The position numbers and the translations under genes are program-made. The notes below the pieces were generated by a model, which had not been told where the DNA came from, ran no database searches, and worked only from the letters and a program-made list of their open reading frames with translations. A stretch of DNA of 63,677 nt, filler included, from Kipferlia bialata (lineage: Eukaryota): assembly GCA_003568945.1 (NCBI GenBank). It is 6 parts of 6 records of this genome, joined end to end, with 100 filler letters (N's around TTAATTAATTAA, not from the genome) between each part and the next. Parts side by side here need not be neighbours in the genome. Positions count along the whole stretch, not along the records: positions 49,124 to 61,291 come from BDIP01001126.1; positions 61,392 to 63,677 come from BDIP01001212.1; 4 more parts are not named here. One strand, 5' to 3'. Below are positions 55,796 through 63,677 of the stretch, piece by piece. The stretch's first letter is position 1, and every line of letters begins with the position of its first letter.

Positions 55796-57376
55796 GTCTC
55801 CATCAGGTGCCGGATAGCCAGGTATACTATGTAATACTATAATATATACCATATATATATATATAATATGTATATATATAATATGTATAGTATGTCCATC
55901 AGGTGCCAGATAGCCAGGTATACCATAATGCGTATATATTATATACTATATATACTATTATGTATTATATATAGGTAGATATAGATACAGGTGCCAGATA
56001 GCCAGGTATACCATAATGCCAGTGCAGGATATATATATATATATATATGAATATCTAATGTATTTGTATAGGTATACCATAATGCGTATATATATTGCTA
56101 TGTAATAGTATACTCTGACACCAGGGACAAGAAGAAGAGAGAACAGGAGGGACACAACTGTGAGTACCCGGAGGGAAGACAGGTACAATATATATATATA
56201 TGTGTGTGTATGTATATACTAATACATGTATACGGACATTATTACATTAGCTGCTGAGTAAATTCATATCGTGAAGGGGAGACAGGTATTATTATTATAG
56301 TACTATATACATACCTGTATATATATAGGTATGTATATAATATAATAATACAATATATATACTTACACCCAGGACCCTGACTGGGAGAAGCAGACCACGT
56401 ACGGGGAGTCTAAGTTCGACGAAGAGACAGGTAGAGGACCCATATATATATACACTCATTAATGTATGGTAAGTGTATGCATATATATATATATATAACA
56501 CTAGGAATGCTTCTCATGAATAGACACCCCTTAGATGATATGGTAAAGAGACAGTATAAATAATAGATTTACAATGTTATAGGCAGATGGTACTCAGATT
56601 CAAATGTATCTTCAGTAACATAGTACAGTTGAATGATTCTAGGCATCCTTGTCCTCAATGATGAGACCCTCTCAGACATTGTCAAGAGACAGTAGTATAT
56701 ATCATACATGTATTGGATATTCTACAATTACTATATTTATCGCAGGCATGCTTCTCCTTAATGATGAGACCCTTGATGACATTGTCAAGAGACAGTTGTA
56801 TATATCATACATGTATTGGATATTCTACAATTACTATATTTATCACAGGAATGCTTCTCCTTAATGATGAGACCCTTGATGACATTGTCAAGAGACAGAT
56901 GGCACTCAAGTTCAACCAGGACTTGGGTTGTGCCATGATACACTACGGGAAGGTACGTATTGTATGTATATATATAGTGTTTATAATATATAGTATTATA
57001 CACTCAAGTTCAACCAAAGTCTGGGGTGTGCTATGATACAGTGCGGGAAAGTGTACGTTTTTGTATATGTATATTTAGAATATGATATGATAAGTATTGA
57101 TATGTGCAGTATAATATGCAGAATGATATGCAGCATGGAGCATTAATCCTGTTAGTGAGTGCGAACAAAGAGAAGCACTTGCATTTACATCATATTACCC
57201 CTTCCCAACCTCTCTGCTTGGGTACATACCTATATACAAATATACGTATATACCTATATTATTACTATGATACCTCTTTAAGAAGCATTATACTATAATT
57301 CACTTCAGATTACTATTCCCGAGCTCTCTGCCAGGGTTGTCTACTTTCCAGACTCAGTCGGCCAGAAGGTATACTT

Positions 57377-57425
<49 letters not shown>

Positions 57426-58494
57426 GTCTGTATATCTCTCCCTCTGTCTATTTGCCATTATTCTAACAATGAGGGCCTAGATGACTTCTGTGCCTCTCTG
57501 TGCTGTGGCTTACTCTCTCCCTCTCTCTGTCTGTATGTCTTGCTATACATATACTAACCACTAGGGTCTAGACGACTTCTGTGCCTCTCTGTGCTGTGTC
57601 TTACTCTCTCTCTCTCTATGTATGTTTTGCCATTGCACTTACCACTAGGGTCTAGATGACTTTTGTGCCTCTCTGTGCTGTTTCTACCTCACTGCCACTC
57701 CCTTATGCACTGTAAAGAACCCAAGTGCCCTGAAGCGTCTTCTTGCGGCATCTGATAGGCACGTAGTTGTGTGCACACACGATGTTGTGGGTGCTAGCCC
57801 TACTACCAAGACCCACAAGCTCCACATGTGTATGTGGAGAGAGTTTGCCAAGAGAGGGGTCAATGCTAGAGCTTACATGGCTTTGGATGAGGTGAGGATG
57901 GGTATATGCATATTTTCATGCAACTCTGTGTGTGGAGGATTTGAGCAAGATGTGGAAAGCCCTGTATTTACATATTCTTTCTTTTCTGGTCCAGGTTTGA
58001 TGTACAATGTGAATCAGGCAATGCTGTATCAGTTCAGATATTGTATGTGTACATGTATATATTCTTATCGTCTCACTCCTCAGGCCAGGACTTATACATG
58101 CGTGTGTATCTGTGTGATATATATGTGGATCTCCTCTCACTCCCCAGGCCCAGGTCTGTGAAGATGAGGGTCCCTCCCGTGGTGTATACACCCACCTATC
58201 CTCAGTGGTCAGGACCCACTACTTGGACAAGATGCCACAAGAGATGCGGGACGACAGGGAGAGAGAGGGAGGTACGTACCTTCATACACTCACTGTCACC
58301 CATATACTTCTGTACCTTACCCCAGACCCTCCCGTGAGATGTCAGCTCCAACATACATACACACCTACATATAAATATACCTGTATATCTTATCCCACAC
58401 ATGTGTATACATCTAACTCTCAGACAATCCCGTGACCTGTCTGCCCCTGGGTCAGTACTACCAGGAGTCATGGGGAGACTACGCCCACTGTTAG
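49726..58494 (+). CDS. Armadillo-repeat-like protein with unrecognised C-terminal domain, multi-exon, 5' end missing
   Basis: Exons such as AMDAVARFSSSYDICNEAVAVLSSMAN, LQRAMVQAGVVQTCRTAMLAHP, DPFVVDRAIKVL and MDLVGCMARARDRHPTNVEII have the ARM-type pattern. The last exon NPVTCLPLGQYYQESWGDYAHC ends at TAG 58492-58494. Confidence 0.65.
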
Positions 58495-60123
58495 TCGTTC
58501 TCCATTGTAGGCTACACTACCCTGGATATACTTGAATCACATATCGGCTTTCTACGCACAATAGAATTGTTTTCTTGCGAAGTCAATCTATGATACCACA
58601 GCACAGAGTAATCACTATTGGCTGCCTTGGGGACGTATAATCAGAAACGCAACACTTTCCACACTCAAAACAGAGCCTAATAGAAGAAATTACGAGTTGG
58701 ATGCTGAATATATGACGTACTAGCAGCCAGTGGTCACAGGTCAGAATCAATGGGGGATTGGCACACACTGCTTTGTCCTTGTCACATGGAGCCTGCTTGA
58801 GTAACACCCAGTGGGTGAGTATATATGGTAAAGGTGCACTTCAAAGAGAGGTATTGCTTGTGGAAATTTGCGGCCAACAACCTTCTTACAGGAGACGTGA
58901 TTGAAACCTTCAATTTGAAGACATGAATATACAGTACATTGGTATCCTACTGTAGTATATATCCAGAGACATAACTGTACTTCTTACCCAACCATCCCAG
59001 AAATCACACAGGTTAGTTACACACAGTTACACCGCTTCAGAGAGTCTGAGACTTAGACTCCAAGTGACTCAGATTTGGAGAGAATACCATTACCATCTTG
59101 TGAATACAGTCAAGTGATATTGTAATTAACATTACAATAATAACATTATGTTATTATACAGTCATATGTCTCTTTCACACAGTATACTCTGAAGCATTCC
59201 TCTAAAAATGGCATTACCCTGGTACAGCAGCTGTCGGGTACTCGAGATTCCTCCTGAGTGGGCAAGATATGGCATGAACAATTGCCAGACGGTGCTAGGC
59301 ATTGGAGACAACACATTTCTGGCTGGTACACGCAGTGGTGGAGTGGACAGGTGTGCTACATACACACTATATGGACCCTATATGTTCTCTACGTGGCCGT
59401 GTAGGTTTCAATACGGCATAATGAGCACGCCATGGTGGAGTAGACAGGTGGACCATCTATTGAATAGAGTCCATACTACAGTATAGAAGATGATCTATAG
59501 TACAGATTCTATACAAAATACCCTATATATTATTCGTGGCAGTGAGGCCCACACTGTTTTTTTCTGTCTTTTTATCAATACAATGATATTTGCACTGGCA
59601 CGAGTTTCTCATATTATTCTGCAGTGTGTATGTATATAATACATACACACTATACATTGTATAAGACCATTTGCGCATTCTGTTAGTATCAAGTGTCCTG
59701 ATAATCCAACATAATGACTCCAGGTAACATACATAGATTGAAGTTATAGATTATCCCCCCTCTCTCTCTATTAGGGACAGTTCAGAGGCTGTGAGTAGTA
59801 GAATACAGCATCAGTACTCTCCCACTTACCCAGATACACAATGGATCCTGACTCCCTCAAAGTGGCATCCAAGGAAGAGGCAATAAAGAGAAAGAGGAAA
59901 GGTATTAATGCAACTGCTAGTAAAGACTCAAACAGTATTTGAGTACCACCGGATCAGATTCTGATTCAGAATACAGTCTTTAGTAAAGACTCTTTACCAT
60001 AAACACTCAAAACTTTTGATGACTCAAAAGAGAATTCTCATACCCCCAGATTGTTGGATGTCGACTAATGAGATGGAGTGAGATGACTGTATTTACACGT
60101 GTATGCATGACAACGGGACCCGT

Positions 60124-61282
60124 TTAATGACACAACATATGCAGAGTATATAAAATACACCCATAGATAAAGCATATATGGACTCTCATGTCGAACAGAG
60201 ACTGACCATTGATGTCGTCGGAGCCGTCCAGCCCGAGGGAGTACGTCCAGGACTGACGCATCAGCCGAGAGAGGTTCTGCAGAGACTGGTAGCAGGTGTA
60301 CCGGGCATAGTCCGACACCTAGAATGAGATAAGGGACAATACTTACATCTGGCAAGAGAATATATATATAGAGAGAGAGTACAGTATTTATACATATACC
60401 ATTGTACATACAAGATTTGAGATAGAGAGAGATAGAGAGAGAGACTATATATACCTTGTGACGGTGGGCCTGGCCCAGCAGGTGCCCTGCGTTGTGCCTC
60501 CTGTTCAGCTGGGCGAGGCCCTCTACCATCCTGAAAGGCATCCCCAGACTCAAACACCCCTGAGCCATGAGACAATATATATAAATGTCATACACAACTA
60601 CTGAACATACATACATACCTTGATGTACTTGAACACCCCCCTGTCACTCAATGTCACAGTGTAGGTGTCACCATCATCAGACTCCTCAAGCACCATGGCA
60701 CCCAGGTGGCGGTTCATGGCGGCCACGTCGTCCTTGTGCAGGCGGTGGGTGCTGGGGTGGAGGCACAGCTCCTCCACACACTTCACTAGTGGGGCGTCAT
60801 AGGTCAGTGTGTTGCTCTAACGGTAAGAGGGGGATCTGGTACAGACAAAGAGAGGAGTATGGAGACAGAAACGGATTAAGGGGCACATATCACCATATGG
60901 GGTGGGGGGGGGGAGTATACCTTCCCACGGTTAATGAAGACACTTTCCCTGCGGAACAGCTTGTTCCACTTGTCCTCACAGGGGGTGGGGGCATCCTCGT
61001 CACTATACATGGCCGAAAGTCTCTCCAGCTCGACGCCCGTTCTCAAATCCTAGAGTGAGAGAGACAGAGACACCGTTGGACTTATGTATGTTATGTAAAT
61101 GGAATGGGTGAACGTCGGGGGAGGGTGAGGGGGGGGGGGGTAAGCAAGATGAGAATACCAACAACACAATACCTTGAAGTTCTCCCACTCATCCCTGTGA
61201 CAGACCTCGAAGTGCTTGTCAAGGTGGTCAGTCCGGAATGATTTGAACATGTGGGGGTCCACGGTCCAATCCTTGGGGTTCT
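60124..61282 (-). mobile_element. hAT-like DNA transposase N-terminal half, split by 4 introns, apparently truncated or degenerate
   Basis: Spliced: FKSFRTDHLDKHFEVCHRDEWENF..YIKGCLSLGMPFRMV..KVSDYARYTCYQSLQNLSRLMRQSWTYSLGLDGSDDINGQSLFDMRV. The last motif is the first catalytic-Asp strand of hAT transposases (FSLALDESTD / WAFSLALDGSTH..YLDVR type). A stop follows about 20 codons later; no TIRs seen. Confidence 0.65.
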
Positions 61283-61291
61283 CTGGGGTAG

Positions 61292-61391
61292 NNNNNNNNN
61301 NNNNNNNNNNNNNNNNNNNNNNNNNNNNNNNNNNNTTAATTAATTAANNNNNNNNNNNNNNNNNNNNNNNNNNNNNNNNNNNNNNNNNNNN
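61292..61391. other. Artificial contig linker
   Basis: N44-TTAATTAATTAA-N44. Confidence 0.99.
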
Positions 61392-61410
61392 GGGGGGGGG
61401 GGGGGGGAGT

Positions 61411-61441
<31 letters not shown>

Positions 61442-62197
61442 CTGAGGTGGAGCTATACAGTGGGTCACGAAGAATCGAGAGACACACAGAAGACAAATGA
61501 GGGAGAGTGTAGGGAGTATCACTTGTATCAGTGTGACTGGATGTTGCCATATACGGTGGTTGTTCCATACTCACACGCAAAGACAGACCCCAGGTCACAC
61601 GAATATCATTACTCCTGTGTATACGAGTATATATCGAGCATACTCCATGGAGAGATAGCATGGATGGAGGGCAGACTGACAGGTATGCAAGACACAATGA
61701 CATATGGCCCACAGACCCCACTCCTACGAATCCACACCCAAGGCCAACACGACCCCATCTCCGACCCATTACAACGCATACCATCCGTATCAACACACCG
61801 TTGTCCCTATATAGATGCACACTCCCCACCTCGGCACTGTGTCCGATGTCCGTGTCAGTCTGACTGTGGCCTCACCCACGGCATGCTTGGACCGCTTGGC
61901 CTTGTTGAAGAAGGACAGAGACACGCGCCACATCCCCAGGCTGTGTCTGATATGTATATGGGATGAGGGTGGATGGGTGGAGAGAGTGGGAGTGAGAGGG
62001 AGTCGAGTCTTGAGCAGTCGGATATCCGAGTTTCAGACGTCCATTCATTACACTTAGACATAGAGCATTTATATGCCCTAACCCACTCTGCGACCGAGAA
62101 GAACCACTCTATTCGAAGTTGGAATAAATAGAACACAACTGGACACAAAACATATAAATGGAAAAGCAACACTGGACACCCAAGGAAGACATACTCC

Positions 62198-63599
62198 CTA
62201 CATATCGAAGAGGTCATCGTCTGCGAGGTCCCCCACCACCTGTCTCACACTATCTCTCACAGCCTGGGTGGTCAGGGGAGGGGCCTCTGCACCAGCTGTC
62301 TGCTTAGATGCAGTGTCAGGTGTCTCTGTCTCAGCCACGACAGGGGCCTCCATGGGTGTGTCCTTAGGTGTATCTACAGTCTTGGGTGCCTCTACCACAA
62401 CCTGTGCCCTGACCCCCCCGTATAGAGATGCCCCCTTAGATGTTGTGACTGATGGCTGGGGCATGGCGTCCCTCTCAGCCTCCATCTCCCTCTGCCTCCT
62501 CTCTCTCTCCTCCCTCTGTCTCTCCTGAGCCTCCCTGTCAGCATCATCGTCCATCTGGCGGTCAGGGTATGATGTCTCATATATGCATACATAGACATAC
62601 TCACACACCTCTATCACAACATGCCCTCACCATCATGTCATTCATTGCGTCCATGTCCATGTCCATACAGTGTATACAGTGTATACAGTATATACAGTAA
62701 ATATTATATATATACATATACATATATATATATATATATATCCACATACCATCATGTCGTTCATTGCATCCATGTCCATGTCCATGTCATCCATGTCTGG
62801 CACCCCCCCTCTCCCACCCATCTCCTCCTCCCACATGTCCTCATCATCAGGCACATCCATACCCCCTACAGCAGGGGGAGGTGCAGGTGCCTTGGCAATG
62901 GGGGAGATAGGGTTCCCGGCCTGTCTAGATCCCGCGGTGTATGCACTAGCAGCTGCCCCCCCGTATAGAGATGCCCCTCCGTAGAGTGACCTCCCACCCC
63001 CTGTGACAGCCATACCCCCTAGACCCTTAGTAGCCTTAGTGGCCTTGGCAGCCTTGTCTGGGGAGGGTGACCCCACCTCTCTGACACGCCTGGTGGCATT
63101 GGGGTCCCCGCCTGCATGTTAGAGATGCCTGTGTACCAGGGGTTACTAATGACAGTTATATATATATGTATATAAGAATATATATATCCAATGCCCACCT
63201 GGAATGATGAAGTCTGCGATGTCCTCCCCCTCTTCTATGTCAATATCAATGATACATACACACACATATATATATATATCCGTATACAATATACCTGGAA
63301 TGATGAAGTCTGCGATGTCCTCCCCCCCCTGTGCCATATCCTCATCATCGAAGAAGGAGTTGGGGGCATCATCGGAGGGCTCGTCACCTGGGTAAGACGA
63401 ATACTATTGCATGTATATACATGTATAATAATGAATAATGAAGTGAGTTGGGGGCATCATTGAAGAGCTCGTCACCTGGCGGTGAGAAAGAATATTACTA
63501 TGTCGGTATACTGAAGACAGCATACAATAAACATACCCTCCCTATCCATCCTTGTGTGCATCCCGTCCAGCTCTCCCTCTGCCACCCTATCAACCATGT
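62198..63599 (-). CDS. 3' part of an acidic low-complexity protein of unknown function
   Basis: Exons DMVDRVAEG..MDRE|GDEPSDDAPNSFFDDED..FIIP|GGDPNATRR..DAMNDMM|MDDDADREAQ..DDDLFDM* with canonical splice sites. Confidence 0.7.
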
Positions 63600-63677
63600 C
63601 TAACAGATTGGTATATATATACTATATATATACATACTATATATATACATACACACCCTCTCTATCCATCCTGTGCA

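Noticed and set aside
12888..58337. Numerous Y/I/C/H-rich ORFs in the ORF track
   Set aside because: They are translations of (TA)n/(CA)n intronic microsatellites.
12186..61391. Recurring TTAATTAATTAA palindrome at ~12.28-kb period; possible gene clustering across the window
   Set aside because: It is a fixed 100-bp artificial linker between length-sorted contigs, so no periodicity or synteny can be inferred.
61392..62050. Possible further minus-strand gene (MWRVSLSFFNKAKRSK..)
   Set aside because: I could not build a confident frame-consistent model or recognise a family.

Overview
Intron-rich eukaryotic (protist) DNA. The window is six unrelated contigs (five of ~12.2 kb: 1-12185, 12286-24466, 24567-36746, 36847-49023, 49124-61291; plus a partial sixth, 61392-end) joined by artificial N44-TTAATTAATTAA-N44 linkers, so adjacency across linkers means nothing. 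GT-AG introns with a branch point almost fused to the acceptor, (TA)n/(GA)n-rich introns and coding style suggest a free-living fornicate such as Kipferlia (inference only). Hand splicing gives: importin-alpha (partial); an N-acylated calpain-domain-III + TCAF/M60 metallopeptidase fusion (complete, ~1642 aa); a FIG4-like SAC phosphatase; VPS8-like (partial); UTP20 (partial); a FAM135-like lipase; a 5x CCHC zinc-knuckle protein; a transmembrane-RGS-phosphodiesterase fusion (partial); an ARM-repeat protein; an intron-containing hAT-like transposase; and an acidic orphan protein. All family calls come from motif recognition by eye, not database searches. The most striking signal is 'exon echoes': introns in all six contigs hold tandem partial copies of the neighbouring exon ends with their splice sites. 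Donor copies come first and acceptor copies last, and the copies differ from the real exon almost only at synonymous sites.
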